From a virus, in IMG/VR virus record IMGVR_UViG_3300050821_006345, positions 68,192 to 132,191 of that record: a stretch of 64,000 bases of DNA. One strand, 5' to 3'. Positions 9,021 through 19,294 of this stretch are shown here, piece by piece. Position numbers and translations under genes: made by a program. How positions within the stretch are numbered: the first letter of the stretch is position 1; every line of letters starts with the position of its first letter. The notes beneath the pieces are model-generated. The model did not search any database. It worked only from the letters and a program-made list of their open reading frames with translations, and was not told the DNA's origin.

Positions 9021-11600
9021 TTAAGCCTTGTGTGGCCGAATTTGCCAGTCCACTTCAGAATGCTGTGCCAGATGTTTAATCGGAATCTTAAAGCTTGTTA
9101 AATCACGGCCTTCGCCCCAGTAGCTCGCCGCGTGGCTCTTGTCCGGTGAAACAAAGATGCCTTCTGGATATTCTCCTGCCTTAATCTTTGAAATGACATC
9201 CGATGGCTGGCTGGTATAAACGCGCACCTGCTTGTCTCCGATACCCATCGCCTCATTCACCAAGTCCATCGTTTCCGGAGTTGCCTCGTCGTTTCCTTCA
9301 AACATCTCCTTTTTGCCGTCCTTGCTTAATAGCAGTCCGACTGTGTTTGGGTCGTTCTTGGCCGAAATATAAACCGGAACCGGCCAGACGCCGTCAGGAT
9401 TGTCGTCAAACAACGCCTGACTGGTTACGAGCCTTCTGGTTAAGTCTTTTTGATTGAATGGAATATCCCCCATCAGTTTGTGAACTTCGTCGTTCAGGTC
9501 ATTGGCCAGTTTCAGAACGTGGTCTCCAGCTGGCTTGTTCTCGAAGTCGGCCAGAGTTTCAAGATGAATCTGGTCGTCACTTTTCCTCCCACGGGAGAAT
9601 CTGGACTCTCGGTCAAGGTTCTCCTTCACGTCGTCCCACGTTATCGGATGCGGTGATGATTCGCCTTTCGGCAGGCTTCCTCCAACTTGACCCACCCGTC
9701 CTTCGTGGCCTTCAAACGAATTGAGAAGCCGTTTTTTAAGTGCGGCCTTTCTGGTTCGTGAGTTGGCGAGTTTTACAACTGGCTTCGGAAACTGGCCAGC
9801 AACCGGCTTGCTTAAATCACCGCCCTTGATCCACTGCTCAAACTGGCCGAAATCCAATTTTGTAACAGCACCGATTCTCTCATGTCCCCTTCCATCGGAG
9901 AACGCCCGCTTGTAGCAGTCGGTCGCCTGCTTCTCGTCTTGAAAGCCAATCATGCACTTTCTCTCGTCTGGATTTCCAGTCTCCGCGTCCACTTGATCGA
10001 TGACAAACACGGAAGCGGTGTCGCTTGGATTGGTGGATAAATAGCAGTCCAGCAAGTCTCCATCTTGGGTGCCTTTTTTCGTCCCCTTCACCCCGCCATA
10101 ATCACTCGGCATGACCACCGTCCAAACCTTGCCGTCTTTGCCGATTCCAGAACGGACACTTCCGGCCAGTGACTCAATACTAATTCCGAGCGTTTTGTAG
10201 GTGGTGTGGGTTTGGCGATAATTTCCGGCCTTGGATTGTTTTGGCGTGGGAACGCGGCCAAGTCCTTTGTGCGGCAGGGCGTTGGTGATTTTTAATTCTG
10301 GCCTTTTGCCAACAATCACTTCTTCGTATGTTCCCGTTAAGCCGACGTTGACAGCCACAATATCGTCCACTGGAATAGACTTGGTGATTATATTTCCGCC
10401 GTATTGCTCTGCACCAGACTTGGTTGTTGCCCAGTTCTTTGTGGCCTTCTGCTTCTGCAATCCTTCCGACCGATACAGCGTCATTGAATCTCCAAAGTTG
10501 CTGCGAAGCTCATTTCTTGTTGGCGTGAAGCAGTCGTATAATTCAGATGCGGAAACCCGGCTGTTTCGGCCATCCATTATGTTGTCAACCGCCGTGTTTG
10601 TTCCCATGCCAACTCCGATCGCAGCCTCGGTGATTGCGTTGTAAACATCCCGATTTTTCATCAGGTCGTTTCTGGCCGTTAAAACAACCGAGGATGGGAT
10701 TGCGCTTTTCCGGTCGGCAGGAGACTTTATATCCTCGATGGTCTTCGGCCTTGCCAAGTCGTAACGCAGCGAGTTGGCCTCGGCGTTCAGTGCGATAAAT
10801 CTGGACGCCTCCGATGCTGTTAAGCCGCCCTTTTGAGCCAGCGGCATGATTTCGGATTTGATGGCGTTTAATCGGCCAATCATAGTCGGCCTGTCGGTGA
10901 CGTGGCCTTTTAAGCCAGATCCGACCCCGCCGTTAGCCACCACAACCACCGGATTTGCCTTCCAGCGGCCTATTACGGCGTTCAGAAGCTCGAACTGCGG
11001 CTTGGGGGACACCGTTTTCGGCAAATAAGCGTTTAACAGGCCGTGTAGCGTTGCCCGGATGGTCTTGGGCGAGGCTTTGGCCTTCAGCAGGGCGGAAGCG
11101 GTGTTTTTAATGGCCAGAGGAAGCGGAATGGCGAAGTTTTTAACCTTCTCGTCCATGTTTACATGATAAACATCAGCCGTCTTGTCTCCGAGAAGTTTTC
11201 TGGCAGTCAGCCTATGATTTCCATCGGCGATGTATTGCTTGCCTCCTTTTTGAACCACCACCGGCTTGTCAAGCTGGTCGTCTGATGGCTCGGATGCCTT
11301 TCTTGAGTCATCTCCGCGTTCAATGATGTCTTTTACTTTTGGCTCAAAGAACTCGTTGGTTCCGGTAAGATCGTCCAGATTGACGGTTTTCACTGTTTTT
11401 GGACCGCGCAGACGACGCCTTAATTCTTCCGTATCGTAGGGTGCCGCATGATCGCCGGATTTGAATATACTGTGCGTCCAGTTTTTCTCATCTGGAAGCC
11501 GTGGCAGTTTTTCAAGAGATGATAGCGCGCCAGCCTTTCGCACCTCCCACGCCTTCTTGACGCCCACACTTGTGCCTGCGTTGAGTAGCTTCCGCTTCAT
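9021..11600 (-). CDS. Polyvalent multidomain head-region protein (ParB-like domain, inorganic-pyrophosphatase-like domain, possible ART-like domains)
   Basis: YIADGNHRL (ParB/Srx); DYGGVKGT...DGDLLDCYL...VIDQVD...DERKCMIGF (InPase of polyvalent proteins); LYR..S/W..A..Y-type segments. Confidence 0.7.
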   Translation of the reverse strand: MKRKLLNAGTSVGVKKAWEVRKAGALSSLEKLPRLPDEKNWTHSIFKSGDHAAPYDTEELRRRLRGPKTVKTVNLDDLTGTNEFFEPKVKDIIERGDDSRKASEPSDDQLDKPVVVQKGGKQYIADGNHRLTARKLLGDKTADVYHVNMDEKVKNFAIPLPLAIKNTASALLKAKASPKTIRATLHGLLNAYLPKTVSPKPQFELLNAVIGRWKANPVVVVANGGVGSGLKGHVTDRPTMIGRLNAIKSEIMPLAQKGGLTASEASRFIALNAEANSLRYDLARPKTIEDIKSPADRKSAIPSSVVLTARNDLMKNRDVYNAITEAAIGVGMGTNTAVDNIMDGRNSRVSASELYDCFTPTRNELRSNFGDSMTLYRSEGLQKQKATKNWATTKSGAEQYGGNIITKSIPVDDIVAVNVGLTGTYEEVIVGKRPELKITNALPHKGLGRVPTPKQSKAGNYRQTHTTYKTLGISIESLAGSVRSGIGKDGKVWTVVMPSDYGGVKGTKKGTQDGDLLDCYLSTNPSDTASVFVIDQVDAETGNPDERKCMIGFQDEKQATDCYKRAFSDGRGHERIGAVTKLDFGQFEQWIKGGDLSKPVAGQFPKPVVKLANSRTRKAALKKRLLNSFEGHEGRVGQVGGSLPKGESSPHPITWDDVKENLDRESRFSRGRKSDDQIHLETLADFENKPAGDHVLKLANDLNDEVHKLMGDIPFNQKDLTRRLVTSQALFDDNPDGVWPVPVYISAKNDPNTVGLLLSKDGKKEMFEGNDEATPETMDLVNEAMGIGDKQVRVYTSQPSDVISKIKAGEYPEGIFVSPDKSHAASYWGEGRDLTSFKIPIKHLAQHSEVDWQIRPHKA

Positions 11601-11608
11601 GGCGTTAA

Positions 11609-12082
11609 TCAGAACTCCCGTTCAGCACGTCGGCCAAACCCACGATGGAAACCGCATGTGTTGAAGCTCGGCTTGGAATAGCCCAGAACTGTAGTGTCAA
11701 GGTTGTTTGGGTCTGCTGCCTCAACAATTAATTTTGCCTGTGCCACATCGTTGAATATCTGCCACGCCCGGTTCGCATTTACCCGACGGAAATTCTGCTC
11801 GTCGATGACCGTTCCGGCGGCACGGCTCATGATGGCCAGAATGATGATGTCCACTGCCGGGCCAATGAGTGCTTCCGGCAGTGTGATGCCTGCGCCCATC
11901 GGGACATTGTTCAAATTTCTCGCGATCAGCGACCTTGCAGTTGTTACCACCTGATTGATAACTCCTGCGATGGGATCGCCCTGCGTCGGAGACTGTTCGA
12001 GCGCGGCTCCGCGAAACCCGTCAAGCTCAGGGCCAGATATTTTCAGAAGCAAATCATCGGTCGTTAAATTGCGCCATGCCAT
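11609..12082 (-). CDS. Head-tail adaptor, Mu gp36/DUF1320-like
   Basis: Start re-assigned to MAWRNLTTDD; LPEALIGPAVDIII...RAWQIFNDVAQAK pattern. Confidence 0.7.
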   Translation of the reverse strand: MAWRNLTTDDLLLKISGPELDGFRGAALEQSPTQGDPIAGVINQVVTTARSLIARNLNNVPMGAGITLPEALIGPAVDIIILAIMSRAAGTVIDEQNFRRVNANRAWQIFNDVAQAKLIVEAADPNNLDTTVLGYSKPSFNTCGFHRGFGRRAEREF

Positions 12083-12207
12083 AATTGAATCAAGATTAAG
12101 CCACGTCTCGGCCAAACACAACCACGACATTTCACTTGCCAACCGGAAGCGGAATTGCCAATCTGATGGCCGATAATATATGAGAAATCCGAATGGCAAA
12201 CAGGCAG

Positions 12208-12235
12208 TTGACAAACCGCAGCGGTGCGGTATTCT
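12208..12235 (+). promoter_or_regulatory. Sigma70-like promoter with palindromic spacer
   Basis: TTGACA-16-TATTCT; spacer contains CCGCA-GCGG-TGCGG; followed by GGAGG and ATG at 12247. Confidence 0.65.
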
Positions 12236-12246
12236 GGAGGCGTGAA

Positions 12247-12441
12247 ATGCGAAACAAAATCAAAAATCCAGCCGCTGTTGCCCTTGGCAGGCTTGGTGGA
12301 GCAAAAGCAAGCGAGAAGCAAAAAATGGCAGCTCGTGAAAATGGCAAGCGGGGAGGTCGCCCAAGGCATCACCAGAAAGGCCGGAATTTACGCGATCATC
12401 AACAACAAGACGGGGAAGCGTTACATCGGCCAGACGAATAA
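12247..12441 (+). CDS. Small basic peptide (KNPAAVALGRLGG...GGRPR)
   Basis: Good SD and ATG; recurring phage small-protein motif with an AT-hook-like GRPR. Confidence 0.6.
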   Translation: MRNKIKNPAAVALGRLGGAKASEKQKMAARENGKRGGRPRHHQKGRNLRDHQQQDGEALHRPDE

Positions 12442-13219
12442 TTTCAGCTTTCGGAAAGGCAAGCACATCGGTTATCTGCGGAGCAACTCCCACATCAATC
12501 CACACCTTCAACGTGCGTTTAACTTGGACGGCGAGGAAAGCTTTGAATTTACGATTCTTGAAGTAGTGGTGGATGGAGACATTAATGCAGCCGAGGTGCG
12601 ATGGATTGCTATGTTTAATTCAGACAATCCTGAATTTGGATACAACTGCACTTCTGGAGGCAAATATGCACCACTCAATCGTGCCGCACTGGATGCAATC
12701 AGTAAGAAGCTTTCTGGAAGACCGCTTGCTCCAGAACATCGAGCAAAAATAAGCGCATCCAACAAAGGCAGAATTATTAGTGCAGAAAGCCGAAGAAGGC
12801 TGTCCGTTACGTTAAAGGCCAAATACGACAGATGCGAGATGCCTTGGTTTGTGCCTACATATTTTTCTGGAGAACAACATGGAATGTTTGGCAAAACACA
12901 CACGCCAGAAGCACGCGCAAAGATTTCATCTGCGAGAATGGGCAAAACATATTATGAAGTAATGTCAAAAGAAACGGCAGATAGGTTGATAGCACAACGG
13001 AAGGCAATGGTCGGCGATAAGAATCCAAATTACATTCACGTCGATTTAGAAGCCGTGATTTCAAGAATACAGGGCGGTGAATTCGTAGAAGATATTGTTA
13101 AATCACTTGCTATTTCAAAGACACAATTGCACTATAAGTTCAAGCGAAAATACAACTGCCCGCCGGTTGAATACGTCAATAAATTAAAATATGAAAATTG
13201 CGACAATCGAAACAATTAA
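12341..13219 (+). CDS. GIY-YIG homing endonuclease with NUMOD3 repeats
   Basis: GIYAIIN...RYIGQT, GYN.TSGG, and repeated H..E.RAKIS segments; start uncertain. Confidence 0.9.
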   Translation: MASGEVAQGITRKAGIYAIINNKTGKRYIGQTNNFSFRKGKHIGYLRSNSHINPHLQRAFNLDGEESFEFTILEVVVDGDINAAEVRWIAMFNSDNPEFGYNCTSGGKYAPLNRAALDAISKKLSGRPLAPEHRAKISASNKGRIISAESRRRLSVTLKAKYDRCEMPWFVPTYFSGEQHGMFGKTHTPEARAKISSARMGKTYYEVMSKETADRLIAQRKAMVGDKNPNYIHVDLEAVISRIQGGEFVEDIVKSLAISKTQLHYKFKRKYNCPPVEYVNKLKYENCDNRNN

Positions 13220-14174
13220 GTCAGTCCGCAAGCATCCGAACGCGGATTCCTTGGATATTTGCTCGGTTCTGGGTTTTGAATGCATCACCAAGATCGGCCA
13301 GTTCAAAGAAGGCGATGTTGTAGCTTTCCTGCAACCAGATTCAGTGCTTCCGCCCGATAAGGAGTGGTCTGCGTTCTATCGCTCAAAATCAAACAGAATT
13401 AAGGCGATTCGCCTGCGTTCGTGCTGGTCGGAAGGCGTCGCTGAATCACTCGCAACCGTTGGCTATACTGGGCAGATTGAAATTGGCCGAGAAATCTCGC
13501 AGGACATCGGAGTCACCCACTACGAGCCACCACTGCCTCAAGACCTGTCGGCCAAGGGACTGCTTCCGTTCGGCATCCCGCCCACAGATGAAGAGCGAGT
13601 GAATAATCTCGAAGCGATTCCCTACGGCGAAATCGTGGACGTGACGCTCAAGATTGACGGACAAAGCTGGTCGGCATACAACGCCATGGCGCGCGATTCC
13701 GATGGCAACTTCATGCCGCCAGTCTCCGGCGTGTGCGGGCGGCGACTGGAGTATAAATTGGACTGCGACAATCACTATACGCGCAACTTCAAAAAATACG
13801 CGCATATTTTTGGCAAAAACCACAATCTGGTGAACGTCTGCTTTCGTGCAGAACAATATGGCTTTGGAATCCAAAGCTCGGCCAACAACCCGCACAGTAA
13901 GCTTCCGGTGGATTTGGCATTTTATTCAGTCTGGATGATGAACGACCGCAGATACGCACGCAAAGGAGAGTCTTTTTACGCTTACGACTTCTTCCCCAAA
14001 TTCGGAATTCCAACAGCGCCAGTCATTGAGCGGGACGTTGTTCTGACACCGGAACTGGTTGCAAAATACGCGGATGGCAAAGAGATTAACGGGCAAAGTT
14101 ATGAAGGAGTTGTTATACAATGGAGTGGCGGATCGTTTAAGGTTTTATCAAAGGAATACGATTCAAAGAAATGA
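13191..14174 (+). CDS. RNA ligase, Rnl2/DRB0094 family
   Basis: N-terminal HPNADSLD tRNA-binding-like domain; motif I KIDGQS; EGVVI; FKVLSKEY. Confidence 0.9.
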   Translation: MKIATIETIKSVRKHPNADSLDICSVLGFECITKIGQFKEGDVVAFLQPDSVLPPDKEWSAFYRSKSNRIKAIRLRSCWSEGVAESLATVGYTGQIEIGREISQDIGVTHYEPPLPQDLSAKGLLPFGIPPTDEERVNNLEAIPYGEIVDVTLKIDGQSWSAYNAMARDSDGNFMPPVSGVCGRRLEYKLDCDNHYTRNFKKYAHIFGKNHNLVNVCFRAEQYGFGIQSSANNPHSKLPVDLAFYSVWMMNDRRYARKGESFYAYDFFPKFGIPTAPVIERDVVLTPELVAKYADGKEINGQSYEGVVIQWSGGSFKVLSKEYDSKK

Positions 14175-15736
14175 GAACGCCGGCCGACATGGTTAAATTC
14201 ACCAAGCAGTCAGAAAATGATTATCTGATCGTTTTCGAGAACGGCATCTGCCTTGGTCATTTGCTGAAAGAGGTTGACGGCTACTTTGTTTATTATCCAG
14301 AGACTCGCGGCGGATTCATGGAGTCTTGGATTATGCGGATTATCGCAGATAAAATGGATGACCTGAACCGCGATTGGGACGAGACCGCGAGGCGCGAAAT
14401 CGGAGGCCAATCATGAGCGAACCCGCCAACAAGAAGCATTTCGTGGTCATCAAGCCGTATCAATACGATGGAGATGTTGCCTTTGGTTTCTGGAACTCAT
14501 CGTTCAAAGCCTACGAGCTTGGCGATGGGGATTGTTACACGATTGACCAGCTGAAGGAATCGTGGTCGGATGCCAAGTTTCTTTCGTGGACTGAAATGGA
14601 GAACAAATTCAAGTGACATGGAACAACAGAATCTTCCGCCGCGTGCGGATTGCCGATTAAATGTCCGCAGTGCCGTGCCGTCTCGGTGCAAAATCGGCCC
14701 AAACGGAAGCTGCGAAGGATTCTCGGCCAATAAGGATACTGGAAAGAAGGATGGAGACTAAATGGCCTGTAACGACGCGCTCTGCGATGGCGGCGGAGAC
14801 AAGCGATGAACGTGATCCAGACATTTGAATTTGAAGCGAGAGGCGAGCGCACGGAACAGCCGCCATTCGTCAGCAGCAACTTGTTCCACATCACAACCAA
14901 AACACACAATGAAAAATCCACATATAATCGTAGGCGCTGGACACCGCTGCCTCTGCGGGACATACGGCATACCGGGCGGCACACCAGATAAAGCATATCC
15001 GCTCGGCTGCTCGTCCGTGCTGGACGCGCTCGACAGAATCACTGGCGACGGTGCCAGCATCCTCAAGGCTGTAATCGTGCCGCTCGTAGAAGATAGACCG
15101 ATGCCGATGGACGACAATATCGTGCTGGCGGGACACCTCTACGAACAATACTGCCAAGCTGTCGGTGGCTTCGCGTTCAACGGCGACCCGCTGCCGAATT
15201 GGGAAACATTCCGTGGCGACCCGACAAAACAAAAACAGAGTGACGCATGTGTGGCTGTCGCCTCTTGCGCCTCGAACCGACTGTTGGCGGCGCAGTGATG
15301 TGGAACTACTGCATCGACCTGCCCGATGGCCAAGTTTGTGATGAATGTGGCCAGCGAAAGACGCGCGATATACGATGCAAAGCGGCTATGTTCGGTTATG
15401 CTCGATGCTCGCAGATCGCCGGACATTCTGGCCAGCATTTCTCCATGCACGGCGGAACGCCCCACCGCTGGGATCACAATAAACCAACCACGCCACCATC
15501 GACGCCTCCGTGACGGCCAAAGAAAACCAAATCATCAAGGATTGCCGACGATGGCTCTGTCGGGCCGTGGTGGTTACTTTCACCGATGAAGACTACGACT
15601 GGCGTTATTTTCGCATCGAGCGGGTTTCCGGCCAGAAGATAGCCTTCACCGGCATGACGGACGCGGATGGAAACAAACACGACGGAGATTTCTTCTGGGT
15701 CAAGGCAAGCGAGATTGAAAGCGTTACACTGAGGGA

Positions 15737-16072
15737 ATGATTTACGTTGACCAACTTCGGATCTGGCCTACCAAAATTCGATGCTTCAAGAAAGGATCGT
15801 GCCATCTATTTGCGGACACCGAGGAGGAGCTTCACGAATTTGCTGCTGAAATCGGCCTAAAGAAATCCTATTTCCAAAATGGACGGAATCTGGCCCATTA
15901 CGACCTTAATAAATCACGGAGAAAACACGCGCTTGCTCTCGGGGCAAGCGAGCTTGAAGGACGCGAACTGCTGGCCAAATGGAAGGAAATAAGGACTACT
16001 TCAATTGCTGGGCCTGTTGCGAGATGTTTGGTTGAAAATACGGGCCTGCCGGATAACTCCCAAGTCCGTTGA
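15737..16072 (+). CDS. DUF4031-like protein
   Basis: IYVD...CHLFADTEEELHEFA..IGL...FQ...HYDL motif. Confidence 0.75.
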   Translation: MIYVDQLRIWPTKIRCFKKGSCHLFADTEEELHEFAAEIGLKKSYFQNGRNLAHYDLNKSRRKHALALGASELEGRELLAKWKEIRTTSIAGPVARCLVENTGLPDNSQVR

Positions 16073-16382
16073 TGTGATTCCACATAACGGCATCAATCCT
16101 TTGCTGGTCTGAAAATTGGACGTTTCTTAACTGACTATCTGCGTTGAATTGGGTCTCGATCTCGCCCTCCTTGGCCACGCGTTCGGAATGATCCGCCGCC
16201 ACCGAGGCAAGCAACGCATCGTATTTCTCCTGAAGCTTCTCAAGGTTGTCAATCTTGTCTTCCAGAGGCTTTAGCCTGCTCTCGGCCACCGCAGCAACCA
16301 TGCCAAGGATGAGAAGAATGACAATGACAAATTGTATCCAGTTTGCGGCAGTCAATGCCTTGGCCTCGCTATTTCCGTTCAT
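15996..16382 (-). CDS. Single-TM membrane protein with coiled coil (holin-like?)
   Basis: WIQFVIVILLILGMVAAVA hydrophobic helix followed by a coiled coil. Confidence 0.45.
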   Translation of the reverse strand: MNGNSEAKALTAANWIQFVIVILLILGMVAAVAESRLKPLEDKIDNLEKLQEKYDALLASVAADHSERVAKEGEIETQFNADSQLRNVQFSDQQRIDAVMWNHINGLGSYPAGPYFQPNISQQAQQLK

Positions 16383-16551
16383 GGTTACAATTTCTGCCAG
16401 TTCAAGAAATAATCAAATATAACATTGCCACGGCTAACGTCCGGCCTGTGAATTGTTTGTAATAATCACATTCAGTCGAAGATCGCTACTTCGTCAATGC
16501 AAATTCTCTTGTGTTTACGGACTGACGTCCTTCATTGAATATCTGGCCAAT

Positions 16552-17748
16552 TTATGCTCCAGTCGAACTTTGCTGATTCGGCACGTCCGTCTCCTGTGAC
16601 GTAGAGCGGGCAGCTAAACGCTCGGCCTTCCTTCTAGCCTTGTATGCTCGGTTGTATTCCACCAATGCGGCTCCGGTCGGGCCGTTTCTGCGCTTCACAA
16701 TTCCAAAAGCCTCTTCAGGAGTCCAGTTCAAATCTCTAATCCTATTGCAGATTTGTATTAAATCACCTCCGCGAATTGCAATGTGGTTCGCAATCGTGTC
16801 TGATTGTCCGGCAAGCGATATATTGGCCGATTGTGCATAGGAAGCGCATTCATTCAATTTAGCTAATTGCCTCGCCTCGACCTTTTGTTTCCGATAGCTT
16901 TTGTTGTAATCGCGAGATCTGTGCATCCTTTCCTCCGGCGTTAATCCAGCGTCATTCCAAGCCCTTCTTCCGGGCGGAGGGTCGATGCGTAATGCCTCTT
17001 TTAATGTCCAACCAAGCCGATGAATCCTAGCGTGAACCAAAGGATATTTCTGGTGAAATTCAGATGCTAAACTTTTTAGGGATCGTTTCTCGCCATTCCA
17101 ATCCACTGCCTTATCTGTTGGATTTCCTCCGCGAGATGAAAGCGGTGTGGCTACCGCCTGTTCTGGAGTCATTCCGTTCCGGATGCGCTTCCGAACGCAC
17201 ACTGGAGTCATTCCATTTTCTTCAGCAACCTCGTTTAATGGCCTTTCCTGTCCTTGAAACGTAATAATTTCAAGCAGTGGATATGTGTGCGGCTCCAGCC
17301 CAACGGCCTGTTCCGGTGTTAAACCGCTTCTTAATTTTGCGCGAATGGTGGTGTGCTGAATCCCATATTCTGCGGCGACATCCATCAGATACCTTCTTTG
17401 TCCAAGAAGCGTGATGTAACTTGAAACACGGCGATTTCTGTTCTGATCGTCAGGAGTCGCCCATCGGCAGTTTTCTGGCGAATAACCAAGGTTATTGTTC
17501 TTTCTTTCAAGAGTCATTCCATCTGGTCTCGGCCACATATCGCGAATAAAATCTACAACGGAAATCCTCCACCTGTCACAAACGGTGATTCCACGGCCTC
17601 CGTAATCTGGATATCCACCATTGCGAGGACTGTAGCACCGGCTAATCATATTAGACCAGATGCCTTTCAACTCGGCGACTTTTACTATTTCACTATCCGA
17701 CAGCGGTATTGTTTCGTTTGGCATGACGACACGATACCAGTATAACAA
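16552..17748 (-). CDS. HNH homing endonuclease with tandem HTH-like repeats
   Basis: YGGRGITVCDRW...TLERKNNNLGYSPENCRWAT motif; four repeats ending in T/PEQA-type segments. Confidence 0.88.
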   Translation of the reverse strand: MLYWYRVVMPNETIPLSDSEIVKVAELKGIWSNMISRCYSPRNGGYPDYGGRGITVCDRWRISVVDFIRDMWPRPDGMTLERKNNNLGYSPENCRWATPDDQNRNRRVSSYITLLGQRRYLMDVAAEYGIQHTTIRAKLRSGLTPEQAVGLEPHTYPLLEIITFQGQERPLNEVAEENGMTPVCVRKRIRNGMTPEQAVATPLSSRGGNPTDKAVDWNGEKRSLKSLASEFHQKYPLVHARIHRLGWTLKEALRIDPPPGRRAWNDAGLTPEERMHRSRDYNKSYRKQKVEARQLAKLNECASYAQSANISLAGQSDTIANHIAIRGGDLIQICNRIRDLNWTPEEAFGIVKRRNGPTGAALVEYNRAYKARRKAERLAARSTSQETDVPNQQSSTGA

Positions 17749-17785
17749 ACTATTTCAAGTTAAATCTTCACATGAATATAACAGC

Positions 17786-17820
17786 AAAAAACCCGCTCAA
17801 ACACAATGTTTAAGCGGGTT
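17786..17820 (-). terminator. Rho-independent terminator after the major capsid gene
   Basis: AACCCGCTTAAACA-loop-TGTTTGAGCGGGTT followed by a T run on the minus strand. Confidence 0.8.
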
Positions 17821-17835
17821 ATGAAATTGCTACTG

Positions 17836-18774
17836 TTACGGCCCTGTCGGATTCAAACGCACGGCGGCAGCACTGTTAGTAGTGTGTATGTCTTCCGACC
17901 AGTCAAATTTGGCAACCTCTGCCCTACCGTCCTCGCGGACATAGCTACCCGGCACCATGAAGTTGTTGATCAGGCGGAACGTCTTCATGAAGCTAGGGTC
18001 GCGGCGCGTTGGATTTTCCTTGCGTGCGAAGATCAGGACGCTGGTGTCGAGCAGGAAGTTCATCGATGCTGCGATGCCTTCGCTGGCCGAGTCGTAAACC
18101 ATGTAGGACACGCGGGTGTCAGGGTTGCCCAAGAACAGTCCAGAGGCGGTGTCCGGGGTGATGTTCGGGATTGCATTACCACCGGCGGTCACGAAACGTG
18201 AACGAACCGTTGGGTGATTCTTGAAATACATGTAGGCTGTGGCACCGAACAGAACGCCAACGCCCATCAACGAGCCGTATTTGGCGATCTTGATGACCGA
18301 CAGGATGGCGTTGTCGATGTCGGAAACTGGGTCGCCTGTTCCGGCGCGAGTCCAGTCAACCGATGAGCCGCCTCCGACCGCAACGAGAGCCGCGTCAATG
18401 ACGCTCTTTTCGTGGGCGAGGCCGGCGACTTCGGCGATCAGCGTGGCACCTTCCTGAAGGATGTTCTCCAACAGGTCTCCTTCCAGCTGTTCAAGATTGT
18501 CAACTGGAAAGTCCAGCGCGTGGGGGACGCAGTTGTAGGTCTTGTCCGTCATGTTAAACGAAAGCTCCACGGCACGTCCGCCGAGGCCACGGATGGTCTG
18601 GGGGAGGTGGAAGCGGTTCTTTTCGTCGTATTGCTTGTAGCGGCCAACAGAGGTCGCCACCGGCACGGTTGGCGCGAGGAATTCGGCCACGGGCTGGATT
18701 GAGTCCTGCGCCGCGCCCTGCGCGTATTGCTTCAGCATCGGGCTGCTGGAAATTGATTCGAGTCTTGATCCCAT
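17836..18774 (-). CDS. Major capsid protein
   Basis: 312 aa; VAEFLAPTVPV...YKQY and GDPVSDID..I patterns; follows scaffold and cement genes and precedes a terminator. Confidence 0.85.
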   Translation of the reverse strand: MGSRLESISSSPMLKQYAQGAAQDSIQPVAEFLAPTVPVATSVGRYKQYDEKNRFHLPQTIRGLGGRAVELSFNMTDKTYNCVPHALDFPVDNLEQLEGDLLENILQEGATLIAEVAGLAHEKSVIDAALVAVGGGSSVDWTRAGTGDPVSDIDNAILSVIKIAKYGSLMGVGVLFGATAYMYFKNHPTVRSRFVTAGGNAIPNITPDTASGLFLGNPDTRVSYMVYDSASEGIAASMNFLLDTSVLIFARKENPTRRDPSFMKTFRLINNFMVPGSYVREDGRAEVAKFDWSEDIHTTNSAAAVRLNPTGP

Positions 18775-18821
18775 AATGTTTGGTTATTTGGTGGTGGTGA
18801 TGTGTTGGTTAAATTTGACCG

Positions 18822-19259
18822 TTATTTCTTATACGGCCCAATGGGGCGGATAAGCAGGTATTGGCCTGCGACACCGGCCTCTTCGGTGATTCCGAATACC
18901 CAGTTGCCGGAGGAGGCAGGAACGGCCTGGCCTGATGCATCTGATTGAACCTCGATGCCGCCATTGATGGAGCCGGTTGAAATCACCCTGATTTGCTGGT
19001 CGCTTGAAAGCGGCAGGCAAGTAACGATTTGAAGGTCGTTCGTTGATTCGTTGGTGCTGGCCGAGTCGCCGACATTGGTGCCGCCTTCGAGCAACACATA
19101 GTGGGGCTGTGCGCCAGCGCCGGTGGTGTTCACCGTGGTCGGAGACGTGGATGCGTTGAGTGAAACAAGCGTTCCCTCAAGTCCCGTCAGGTTCGCCGAC
19201 GGAAGGCGAACGATGCGTCCCTTGGTGGTGTTGGATTGAATGAATGAGCTGGCTGCCAT
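18822..19259 (-). CDS. Capsid cement/decoration protein (DUF2190-like)
   Basis: GSINGGIEVQSDASGQAV...GITEEAGVAGQYL motif; directly upstream of the capsid gene. Confidence 0.75.
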   Translation of the reverse strand: MAASSFIQSNTTKGRIVRLPSANLTGLEGTLVSLNASTSPTTVNTTGAGAQPHYVLLEGGTNVGDSASTNESTNDLQIVTCLPLSSDQQIRVISTGSINGGIEVQSDASGQAVPASSGNWVFGITEEAGVAGQYLLIRPIGPYKK

Positions 19260-19294
19260 AATTTTGTTTTAGTTATGTTTGGTTGGAGATTGGT

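Noticed and set aside
16385-16550. Possible structured RNA between the HNH and the membrane-protein gene
   Set aside because: Only short AT-rich helices and two GGACGT.AG copies; too weak to call without homologues.
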